Virus record (IMG/VR): IMGVR_UViG_3300020044_002546
Coordinates: 1-31,372 of that record
Direction: 5' to 3' (one strand)
Source of the DNA: a virus
Lineage: Duplodnaviria > Caudoviricetes
DNA: 31,372 nucleotides
The notes under the pieces: generated by a model
Database searches by the model: none
Seen by the model: the letters and a program-made list of their open reading frames with translations, nothing else
What the model was told of the DNA's origin: nothing
Translations under genes and position numbers: made by a program
Shown here: piece after piece, positions 16,365 to 24,225 of the stretch
Numbering within the stretch: position 1 is the first letter of the stretch
How the letters are laid out: each line of letters opens with the position of its first letter

Positions 16365-16525
16365 TATTTCTTCTTTGCTGCCTTCATGTTGTCAATCAGG
16401 TTCGGGTATGGGCGACCAGCTTTCTTTGCTGATGCTTTAGCCGAAGCCTTCTTCTTAGGGGACAACTTCTTGGATTTCTTCTTAGGGTTTGGTCGATCCC
16501 AAACAGGCTTGCTCAGATTGTTCAC
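16364..16525 (-). CDS. 53-aa Lys-rich protein (…PVWDRPNPKKKSKKLSPKKKASAK…GRPYPNLIDNMKAAKKK)
   Basis: GTGA overlap with the glycosyltransferase stop and TAATG overlap downstream; AGGAG SD. Not in the ORF track. Confidence 0.75.
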   Translation of the reverse strand: MNNLSKPVWDRPNPKKKSKKLSPKKKASAKASAKKAGRPYPNLIDNMKAAKKK

Positions 16526-17646
16526 ACCAAAACTCCTGAATCCTTTAACACGTCACGTACATTCAACACTACACGGTGCTTGACACCTGGGGCTAGATCA
16601 ACACGGTGGCGACCAATGTCTGCCTGCACCCTACGCTTCACCTCTATTTCACAGGTTGGTTCCAACGGAATCCATTTCCCTGACACCCGTCTACCAGTCG
16701 GTTTAACGGCCTGTAACAGTTGGTTCGCTGCGGTATCCCAATTGAACGCTGACACCTCACCAGCGTGAACCTCAGCTTGCTCACGATATCTGTCACGGTT
16801 CTTATACATATCTTGGATCGCATCCAATATCGCATCAAATTCAGGTTCATCCCAATCCCCCATGTTCTGCCATGTTCCCTCATTCGTTGCCACAGAGTAG
16901 GTGGGGATACGGTGGGTGGCTAGGTCAGAGAACTCTCGATGCCCGTGAGCGTCAGACAAGATAACTGGTACACCAGCAGAGATTGCTTGTAATGGCATCA
17001 GTCCGAAACCTTCGCCACGGGACACCGAAATGAAACAGTCTGCTGATCGCACCAGGTCTGCCTCGGCTTCAACGGTCATCCACTTGTTGTGTACCACCAC
17101 GTTCGGGTATGTCAGGTTGTCCGGTGCTGATAGGTATGGGGGAACGATTTTGATGTGTAGTTCTGCGTCGGGGAGTTTGAGTTGTAGGAAAGCTTTGAGT
17201 ACTACGTCCAAGCCTTTGCGATACCACTCTGATCCACCGCACAAGATTTTGAACTTGTTGTTTTGTGGTCGTTCTTTCGGATGCCATACTTCACGGTCTA
17301 CCCCTAAAGGGATTACACGCACGTTGTCATGGAACTGTGAGAACAACTCCCAGTTATGTAGTGATGGGACCATCACGGTGTCAAAGAGGTGTAGGTATTC
17401 GGAGAACTCTGGTGGCAACCAGTTTGTTTCCCACATGGTGAGCAGCGCAGGGTTCTGTCCTTCAGTCCAACCTTTAATCAGGTTTGGTCTAAGAGCAAAC
17501 ACGACCCGTTCAGCATCATCACAGAGTTCTACTTTGGTTGATAAAGCGTCCCGTAAACCTGCAACCATTTTGCCGTACCCGACATGAGGTAGGTTCACTC
17601 CGACAAGGTTCAGGTAGTTGGAAGTATTCCCGTTTCGACTTGCCAT
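16522..17646 (-). CDS. glycosyltransferase, GT-B fold (GT4-like)
   Basis: GYG, TMWET, VPS..N..LF, IPLGVD, RKGLD, SRGEGFGLMPLQAISAGVPVI. Confidence 0.9.
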   Translation of the reverse strand: MASRNGNTSNYLNLVGVNLPHVGYGKMVAGLRDALSTKVELCDDAERVVFALRPNLIKGWTEGQNPALLTMWETNWLPPEFSEYLHLFDTVMVPSLHNWELFSQFHDNVRVIPLGVDREVWHPKERPQNNKFKILCGGSEWYRKGLDVVLKAFLQLKLPDAELHIKIVPPYLSAPDNLTYPNVVVHNKWMTVEAEADLVRSADCFISVSRGEGFGLMPLQAISAGVPVILSDAHGHREFSDLATHRIPTYSVATNEGTWQNMGDWDEPEFDAILDAIQDMYKNRDRYREQAEVHAGEVSAFNWDTAANQLLQAVKPTGRRVSGKWIPLEPTCEIEVKRRVQADIGRHRVDLAPGVKHRVVLNVRDVLKDSGVLV

Positions 17647-17894
17647 TTTTCTTCTGCTCGTTTCTCAACCTTTGCTGAACCGTCAATTTTGCGAGGCTGT
17701 ACCCCGTTTTGACGTAAACGCTTGTATGCGTCTAGGTCCTTGTCTAGCACACGGTCTTTGTCGTTGATGGTTGCGACGCGAGCTTTACCGCCACGCGATG
17801 GCATGGCATCTGCGCCGATACCGACGTAAGCGATTTTGCAACCGAAACATCCCTCGACATCTAAACCCGGATGGGTTTCTTGATGTTTAATCAT
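17610..17894 (-). CDS. hypothetical protein with H..H...CFGC motif
   Basis: KHQETHP..VEGCFGCK, ...DLDAY..LR.NG.QP; overlaps the glycosyltransferase start. Confidence 0.75.
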   Translation of the reverse strand: MIKHQETHPGLDVEGCFGCKIAYVGIGADAMPSRGGKARVATINDKDRVLDKDLDAYKRLRQNGVQPRKIDGSAKVEKRAEEKWQVETGILPTT

Positions 17895-17942
17895 TTTTCA
17901 AACAGGTAGTTGATTAGCCAGTCGCAAGCACCTTTGCGTGGT

Positions 17943-18167
17943 TTACGCTTCCAGCGAAGCAAGTTCATTTTGGTGAACGTTGATTGCTGCTTCAAGTGTG
18001 GTGAGTGCGTTTTCTGCTGAGGTTACGCCTGCTTCGTCGTTTAACTGTTCGCAGGTTTGTTTGTTCAGTTCGTGTTGCCATGCTTCTGCTGCGAACTGTG
18101 AGATGCGTTGGTTGAGTATGTTTTGTTTTTGCTCTACGGTGAGTAGTGCGGTGTAGTCGATTGCCAT
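17943..18167 (-). CDS. small helical protein, possible fibre chaperone
   Basis: AAAGGA SD; directly after the large fibre gene. Confidence 0.7.
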   Translation of the reverse strand: MAIDYTALLTVEQKQNILNQRISQFAAEAWQHELNKQTCEQLNDEAGVTSAENALTTLEAAINVHQNELASLEA

Positions 18168-18186
18168 GATTTTTCCTTTGTTTGGT

Positions 18187-21108
18187 TTATGCTGCTCCGA
18201 GGGTAGTTATCGTACCTGAAGAACCGCGATATTTGAGTGCCCCTGATTCTACATACAGGATGCCTCCTGAGGCGATGTTGGCTGAGGGTGCTGTGCCGTT
18301 GCCCATGTGGATGGCTTTGTCGGCTGAGGTGGCGATTGCGGTGGTTCCTACGCAGAGGTTGCCTGCTAGGTGGTTGGCTGCTGTGCCACCCATATACAGG
18401 TTCCAACGGTTTGTTCCTGCGGCGAGGTTACTGTTAAAAGCGTAGTTGTTTGTTGCGCCAGTAAGTTGTGATGTTACGGTAAAACCGTATTGGTTGGTGA
18501 TGGTTGAACCAGCCCCAGGGGTCGATACCCCACCAACAATAAAGTGGTTGAGGGTGGTCAGCGTAAACGATGCGGCTGTTGTTTGTATGCCAGATGTAAA
18601 CGCATCAGCACGAGTAGTTACATCTGATTGAACTGTTCCAAAGTTAGCCACACCGTAGGCGGTTGTTGCTCCAGTAATTGTTTTTCCAACATTAAGACTG
18701 ACATCTGTTCCTGCTGTAGGGATTCCAATGTTTCCAGCGGAGTTGACTCGCATCAACACGGTTCCTGCTGAGTTCTGCCATTGTTGCAAATCAGCTGTTT
18801 GTGACGCTGCACCTCTAACCAATAATGCGACATCGGAGGCTGTGGTGTTATCAATACGTGCCATCGCGCCAGACGTAAGTGTTACACCAACACCAAGACG
18901 ACCAGCCAAATAGTTCGCTGCCGTACCATCCATGTGCAAGTTGAAACGTCCTGTACCTGAAGCAAGGGTACTTCTGAAAGCATAGTTGTTGGTTGCGCCA
19001 GTTAAATTTCCTGTTACACGGAACCCGTGTTGGTTGGTGATGGTTGAACCAGAACCAGGTGTTGCAATTCCTGACACATGAAAATGATTTATGTTTGTAA
19101 GAGTAAATGCTGACGCTGAAGTAGTGATGAAACTAATAAATCCCATAGCATCAGAAGTTACGTCCGACTGAACTGCACCGCTGCTAACTACACCATAAGC
19201 AGTTGTTCCACCAGTAATTGTTTTGGAAACGTAAAGACCCGTATCTGTGCTTACTGTAGGAATTCCAATGTTTCCAGCAGAGTTAATACGCATACGCTCC
19301 GTCAAAGAACCAGCAGAGTTAGCGGTGAAAAATGCTAAACGACCAGGGACAACACCAGTAGAGATAGTGCCTTCAGCCTCACCAACAATTGAAGCACCAG
19401 CAACAAAGTTTGTTCCGTCAGAACCAACAAACTGAAGGCTTCCTAAACGGTCAGAAGCAGAAACAGCCGACTGTGTGCCAACCGTACCCGACCTTGACTT
19501 ACCTAAGTAATATGACGGACCGTTAATGTCAGCCGAATATCTTGCAACAAGAGCCGAAGCAGCCGCAGCACTAGCACCCAAAACCTGAACAGGTGATGTG
19601 ATACCAGAAGCACTTGTCACCGAAGTTCCAGAACCAACAATCAGGCTTCCTGCCGAGTTTACAACAACGAGTGATGTGCCAGCCGAGTTCTCGATATCCA
19701 ACAACAAACCTGTTTGTGACGCTGCACCCTTAACCACGAACGCAACATCGGCTGCTGTAGTGTTCGTAATTTGTGCCATCGAACCTGTGGTGAGTTGTAC
19801 GCCAACACCAAGACGACCAGCCATATAGTTGCCTGCTGTACCATCCATGTAAAGGTTCCAACGGTTTGTTCCAGAAGCAATTGACCCTCGGAAACCGTAG
19901 TTGTTTGTTGCACCAGTCAAACTACTAGGGGCTAAATAACCAGTTTGGGTTGTAATCGTTGAACCAGCACCAGGTGTCGAAACACCAAAAATGTGATAAT
20001 GGTAAAGTTGGCTTAAAGTAAACGCTTGGGCTGCTGTATTGATGTTACTGGTGTATCCGATACCCCAACTAGTTACATCGGACTGGATTGTTTGAGCAGC
20101 ATATGTGCCGTAACCTATTGTTGCACCCGTCATTGGTTTCTGAATAAGTAAATTGATTGCAGAACCAGGGTTAAAACCAATACCAACATTTCCGTCTGCG
20201 TTCACAATAAACTGTGTTGAGTCAGGGTTAGCAGAATCCTCAACCACCAACGCATGACCCGTACCAGTCTGCGTAATACGCAACAACGCTGCCGTAGTAG
20301 AACCAGAAATAATCTGATTAGTAGTAAACGTGTTCGCATTAGCCGCAACAACATCACCCGAACCATTACCAGCCGCACCCTGAGGACCCTGCGGAATAAC
20401 AAAATTCAAAATCGCAGAAGTCGAAGTACCACTATTCGTTACCTCAACAGCAGTACCAGCAGCACCAGTAGTAACAGTCCCAACCGTCAACGAACCAGTA
20501 TCACCCTTAGGCAAAACAAAATTGAACAACGCATCCGTCGTATTACCAACATTCGTAACCTCAGCCGAAGTGCCAGTAACAACCGTCCCAACATTTATTG
20601 TTGCAGCCTGACCACGAGGACCCTCAGCACCAGTCGCACCAGTCGCACCAGTAGCCCCATTAGAACCAGCAGTACCAGCAGGACCAGTCAACCCGCGAGG
20701 AATAGCAAAATTGAAAACAGCCGCAGACGAAGAACCACTATTCGTTATCGCAACATCAGAACCAGGCAAACCAGTCGTAACCGAACCAAGCGTTACAGAA
20801 GCAGCCGCACCAGCAGAACCAGTCGCACCCGTAGCCCCTGTAGCACCAGTTGCGCCTGTAGCCCCTGTAGCACCCGTAGCACCAGTAGCACCAATAGTTG
20901 TCCACCCTGTTGACTTATACACCTGGAACTCGCCCGTATCCTTCAAATACGTGACCATACCCTCAGTAACCGTGAACGCCCCAGCCGAACCAAAATAAGT
21001 ATTACGAGCTGAATCCGAATCAAACGTACCAACAACCTGCGACGCAAGATAATCATTCATCTCTGAAACTTCAACAGTTTCCGCCGTGAACTTCTTAAAC
21101 TGTGGCAT
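18187..21108 (-). CDS. large fibre / receptor-binding protein with collagen-like and tandem domain repeats
   Basis: (GAT)8 and other G-X-Y runs, three NSG...FNF.IP.G modules, three ~130-aa repeats, ERMRINSAGNIGI motifs, terminal GGILYVESGALKYRGSSGTITTL. Confidence 0.85.
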   Translation of the reverse strand: MPQFKKFTAETVEVSEMNDYLASQVVGTFDSDSARNTYFGSAGAFTVTEGMVTYLKDTGEFQVYKSTGWTTIGATGATGATGATGATGATGATGATGSAGAAASVTLGSVTTGLPGSDVAITNSGSSSAAVFNFAIPRGLTGPAGTAGSNGATGATGATGAEGPRGQAATINVGTVVTGTSAEVTNVGNTTDALFNFVLPKGDTGSLTVGTVTTGAAGTAVEVTNSGTSTSAILNFVIPQGPQGAAGNGSGDVVAANANTFTTNQIISGSTTAALLRITQTGTGHALVVEDSANPDSTQFIVNADGNVGIGFNPGSAINLLIQKPMTGATIGYGTYAAQTIQSDVTSWGIGYTSNINTAAQAFTLSQLYHYHIFGVSTPGAGSTITTQTGYLAPSSLTGATNNYGFRGSIASGTNRWNLYMDGTAGNYMAGRLGVGVQLTTGSMAQITNTTAADVAFVVKGAASQTGLLLDIENSAGTSLVVVNSAGSLIVGSGTSVTSASGITSPVQVLGASAAAASALVARYSADINGPSYYLGKSRSGTVGTQSAVSASDRLGSLQFVGSDGTNFVAGASIVGEAEGTISTGVVPGRLAFFTANSAGSLTERMRINSAGNIGIPTVSTDTGLYVSKTITGGTTAYGVVSSGAVQSDVTSDAMGFISFITTSASAFTLTNINHFHVSGIATPGSGSTITNQHGFRVTGNLTGATNNYAFRSTLASGTGRFNLHMDGTAANYLAGRLGVGVTLTSGAMARIDNTTASDVALLVRGAASQTADLQQWQNSAGTVLMRVNSAGNIGIPTAGTDVSLNVGKTITGATTAYGVANFGTVQSDVTTRADAFTSGIQTTAASFTLTTLNHFIVGGVSTPGAGSTITNQYGFTVTSQLTGATNNYAFNSNLAAGTNRWNLYMGGTAANHLAGNLCVGTTAIATSADKAIHMGNGTAPSANIASGGILYVESGALKYRGSSGTITTLGAA
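18346..20193 (-). repeat. three diverged ~390-bp in-frame repeats (approx. 19801-20193, 18886-19275, 18346-18735)
   Basis: Each reads GN.GI...QSDVT...FTL...TPG.GSTIT.Q.G....LTGATNNY.F...A.GT.R.NL.M.GTA.N..AG.L.VG. Confidence 0.9.
20821..20892 (-). repeat. 8 x 9-bp Gly-Ala-Thr collagen repeat
   Basis: GGN GCN ACN repeated eight times with varying third positions. Confidence 0.9.
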
Positions 21109-21434
21109 TACACTCCCAAAACAGCATCAGACCCTAAGGTACTTGAATAAGACGAACCAACCTCAAACACACCAGCCGACACACTATAACCAGCAGCAAC
21201 CAGCGCATCAGCCTCAACATCAGTCACATAATTACTGTGACCACCAAAAAACACTCGACTCACCGTAGACATATCACGTGGCTGAACCTCAACAAAAGAA
21301 CCATCAAGCAACCGGTACACATTCTTCCCACGCAACGTCGGAGCATAAAAACGCCACAAACGCCACTCAATCCCACGCTTCAACGCATCACCATAAACAA
21401 CAGCATTTTCTGTTGGAGGAACAAACGTTGGCAT
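21108..21434 (-). CDS. putative virion structural protein (108 aa), leaderless start
   Basis: MPTFVPP...FFGGH...V...EA.AL.AAGY; TAATG-coupled to the fibre gene. The track start at 21497 lies in the terminator region. Confidence 0.75.
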   Translation of the reverse strand: MPTFVPPTENAVVYGDALKRGIEWRLWRFYAPTLRGKNVYRLLDGSFVEVQPRDMSTVSRVFFGGHSNYVTDVEADALVAAGYSVSAGVFEVGSSYSSTLGSDAVLGV

Positions 21435-21441
21435 GAAACAG

Positions 21442-21450
21442 ATACTACCA
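21442..21450 (-). promoter_or_regulatory. extended -10 promoter (TGGTAGTAT) giving a leaderless transcript
   Basis: Exactly 7 nt between the -10 and ATG 21434; no SD. Confidence 0.6.
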
Positions 21451-21455
21451 AATAC

Positions 21456-21495
21456 AAAAGTGGGGCAGCCGAGCGAGGGGACTCGACCACCCCAC
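21456..21495 (-). terminator. intrinsic terminator after the major capsid gene
   Basis: GTGGGGTGGTCGAG / CTCGGCTGCCCCAC stem followed by TTTT. Confidence 0.85.
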
Positions 21496-21526
21496 ATCTT
21501 GTGGAGGGTTAAACGAACCTAACTAA

Positions 21527-22495
21527 TTAGGCTGCGTTTGCACCAATGCTGGATGACGACTCAATGCGACGCAACGAAGCTTCGCGGAAACGGCCATAGC
21601 CGCCGAGCCAATACCAACCGATTGGATTGAAACGCATCAACGAGTCAACCACTGGACCGCGAACGATCTTCGGTACAACACCATTTCCGTCAATCTGGCT
21701 GTAAGCCTTAGCCAACGCCTGACGACCCATGATGTGTGTGCAATACACGTCAATCGTTCCAGTTGTGCTGGTTCCGTTTGATGCGTTGGTGAACACCTTG
21801 GCGCGAGGGGTTTCAATGAATCGTACTGACTCAAAGGTTCCGATCTCACCGTTGTAGATGTTTGATGTGTCAACCGCTACGTGAGGTGCGTTCCATGATG
21901 CGTTGCCGGTTTCACGACGAAGGTCGTATGACACGTCAGGATGGATGTAACCCATGTAGTAACCGTTGAAGGTTGCAACGTTTGCAGCACGTAGAGCAGC
22001 AGTCTGCTTACGGATGTCGTTGGCTTCAATGATGTCCTCGGCCTGAACCGTTACACGGCTTGAAGGATCAGATGATCCACCGCCACCGTATGCAACGTTG
22101 GTTCCACCAGCAAGAACTTCACGAACAACTTGGTCCATTGAGTCACCAGCGTTGTAACCGATAAGGTTCGCTGCTGCTGCATCAACATCCAAGAACGCTG
22201 TTCCACGGAGCTTCGCGGTTGTCTGAATTGTGTTGCCGTACTCAGCAAGAGAAACAGTTACCTGACTGTCGCCCATTGTTTCAGGGGTGAGGTCAGTTGT
22301 TTCGCTGAGGGTTGAAGTCGCTGCTGCAAGTTCGCTGAAGATCGTGAAGATCACAGCCGAACCTGGCATTGACTGGTTGGTTGCTTGAACGTCAGCTGCC
22401 TGATCGAACAGCATCTCTGATCGAAGGGCGAAATACGCCAAACGATCATAAGCAGACTGGTCAACGGACAACGAACTGGCTTGGGTAATTGCCAT
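21527..22495 (-). CDS. major capsid protein (HK97 fold, N4-gp56 family)
   Basis: L.EYGN, Y.G.IHPDVSYDLR, GEIG.FE.VRFIETP, D.L.RF.PIGWY, RIESSSS; follows the scaffold. Confidence 0.9.
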   Translation of the reverse strand: MAITQASSLSVDQSAYDRLAYFALRSEMLFDQAADVQATNQSMPGSAVIFTIFSELAAATSTLSETTDLTPETMGDSQVTVSLAEYGNTIQTTAKLRGTAFLDVDAAAANLIGYNAGDSMDQVVREVLAGGTNVAYGGGGSSDPSSRVTVQAEDIIEANDIRKQTAALRAANVATFNGYYMGYIHPDVSYDLRRETGNASWNAPHVAVDTSNIYNGEIGTFESVRFIETPRAKVFTNASNGTSTTGTIDVYCTHIMGRQALAKAYSQIDGNGVVPKIVRGPVVDSLMRFNPIGWYWLGGYGRFREASLRRIESSSSIGANAA

Positions 22496-22548
22496 TTCTT
22501 TATTCCTTTAGGGGTAGCCCCAAAGAATGTGAATCCTAAGGGGAGTGA

Positions 22549-23004
22549 TTAGTACTGTTCTGCTTCGGCTCGCGCCTGGGCCAGTAGTTGCATCACTTCG
22601 TCCGTGGATTTTGCATTAGCAATACGTTGAGCGTAATCAACAGGAGGTTCGCTCGTCTGTCCAGCTTTCGCTGCCTGAGCCACACGATTCCATGATTGCT
22701 GTTCAGCAACCACTTCCTTGTTCTGACTAGGTATGAGACTTGCTTCTTCTGCTGCTTGTCGAATCGCCTCCGGTGATAGATCACCGTCGTAGCCTTTAAC
22801 GAAATACTTGTACTTCGGATCGTTGGGGTCTACGCCCGCTTTCACGAAGTTAAGTTCTCGTCGGGCTGCCTCTGCTCCTGCTGCCTGCTCACGTAAAGCC
22901 TTATTTTCGGCTTCAAGTTTCCGCAAGTGCGCTCGCACAGGGTCCTTCGATTGCTGCTGGTCTTGAACTGCATCATCCTCAAACTCGTAGTTTGCATCTG
23001 ACAT
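22549..23004 (-). CDS. putative capsid scaffolding protein
   Basis: Acidic N-terminus, coiled coil, C-terminal I.NAKS.DEV..LL; AAGGAG SD before ATG 23004; directly upstream of the capsid gene. Confidence 0.75.
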   Translation of the reverse strand: MSDANYEFEDDAVQDQQQSKDPVRAHLRKLEAENKALREQAAGAEAARRELNFVKAGVDPNDPKYKYFVKGYDGDLSPEAIRQAAEEASLIPSQNKEVVAEQQSWNRVAQAAKAGQTSEPPVDYAQRIANAKSTDEVMQLLAQARAEAEQY

Positions 23005-23113
23005 GACCCACTCCTTCTGCCCACATTCGGCTGGAGGTTCCCGAATGGCTGCAAGTCTCACCCCTTTTGCACATTGAAATCGGGGGCTTTCCAATGGTGT
23101 CCGTTACCGAACA
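23005..23113 (-). promoter_or_regulatory. structured 5' leader (GNRA hairpin plus two potential pseudoknots)
   Basis: TGTTCG-GTAA-CGGACA; CATTGGAA/TTTCAATG with loop GCCCC complementary to downstream GGGGT; CATTCGG/CCGAATG with loop CTCC complementary to the SD GGAG. Confidence 0.55.
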
Positions 23114-23118
23114 GTCCT

Positions 23119-23149
23119 AGTATACACACACTTCACCTGACAGTGTCAA
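23119..23149 (-). promoter_or_regulatory. promoter for scaffold/capsid genes
   Basis: TTGACA-19 nt-TATACT; -35 overlapped by TGACA-C-TGTCA palindrome. Confidence 0.6.
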
Positions 23150-23154
23150 GTATG

Positions 23155-24225
23155 CTATTGCGCTTTACCTACCGAAGTAGAAATGGAGCCTGATGTTTCA
23201 CCAGTTGTCCGAGCAAATGATCCGCCACCAGCGAACTCACCAGTACGCAAACGACGTCTACGCTCCAACTCTTGTTGCGCGGCGACATCAATCCCGAACG
23301 CCGCACCAGCCAACTGTTCACCCGATAATGCAGTCTCACCAGCGAAAGTCTGTTTTAGTTCGCCTAACCCGCCGACTTCAGCGAACCCTGCGCGAGCCTG
23401 CTGTTCAGTAATACCTCGTCGGGCCAAGTCCTCAGCAAACGCACCTGACAGCTGAATACCACCCTGCTCTAGTCCACGGGCTGCGATATTGGCGGCCTGT
23501 GCCTGGCGGGTGAGTAGTGGGGCTGTGCGCTGTGGGTCAAGGAAGTATGCGGCTAACTGTCCTTCGGATACCCCGTACAGGTTCCTCATCTGTTCTTTAA
23601 CTGCTGGGTCAGCGTCAGCGACAGCACGATAACCCTGCTGAACACGCTCATTCAGTTCAGAGTTAGAAACATCACCTTCAATGAGAGATTGGAAGTCGTC
23701 TGGCTGGTCATAGAAGTTTGCTGGCAAACCGTTTGATCGCAAGGTTTCACGGAACTGGTTTTCCAAACCGATGTATTCGGCAGGACTCAGTTCGGACAAA
23801 CCAGCCTTCAGTCGAGCAGCGTTACCGGCAAACCGTTTCTTATATGTCGGCTGTTCACGGATAGCAAAAATGATTGCGTCAGGATTGTTGAGGTTGACGG
23901 TTTCCTTAGCGATAATCTCGGTGTAAACGAAATCGGACAAATCACCCAAACCGTAGGTCGCAAGAACGTTAGCCATCGTTACACGGGCATCCTGCTTACG
24001 TTGTTTAGTTTGTATATCAAACTGTTCTTGCTGGAAATCATATTGTTGCTGTTGAAAAGCAAGTTCGCGTTTTGCGATAGCCTCATTAGATTCTCGATCC
24101 AAACGGGCAATACGTTCTTCTGCGGTTTCGGGTGGAGTAACAACACCAGTCCCACCAACAGGGCTTGCACCTGGGGTTTGTGGCAAATTAGCGATGCGCT
24201 CCTGAATACCAAAAATGTCACTCAT
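23155..24225 (-). CDS. putative internal virion (ejection) protein
   Basis: Helical, YKKRFAGN..R...GL.ELSPAEY motif; in coupled block upstream of the scaffold. Confidence 0.6.
   Translation of the reverse strand: MSDIFGIQERIANLPQTPGASPVGGTGVVTPPETAEERIARLDRESNEAIAKRELAFQQQQYDFQQEQFDIQTKQRKQDARVTMANVLATYGLGDLSDFVYTEIIAKETVNLNNPDAIIFAIREQPTYKKRFAGNAARLKAGLSELSPAEYIGLENQFRETLRSNGLPANFYDQPDDFQSLIEGDVSNSELNERVQQGYRAVADADPAVKEQMRNLYGVSEGQLAAYFLDPQRTAPLLTRQAQAANIAARGLEQGGIQLSGAFAEDLARRGITEQQARAGFAEVGGLGELKQTFAGETALSGEQLAGAAFGIDVAAQQELERRRRLRTGEFAGGGSFARTTGETSGSISTSVGKAQ

Noticed and set aside
20821-20892. Short tandem repeats as CRISPR array or iterons
   Set aside because: 9-bp period with variable third positions, i.e. 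Gly-Ala-Thr collagen coding; no spacers.
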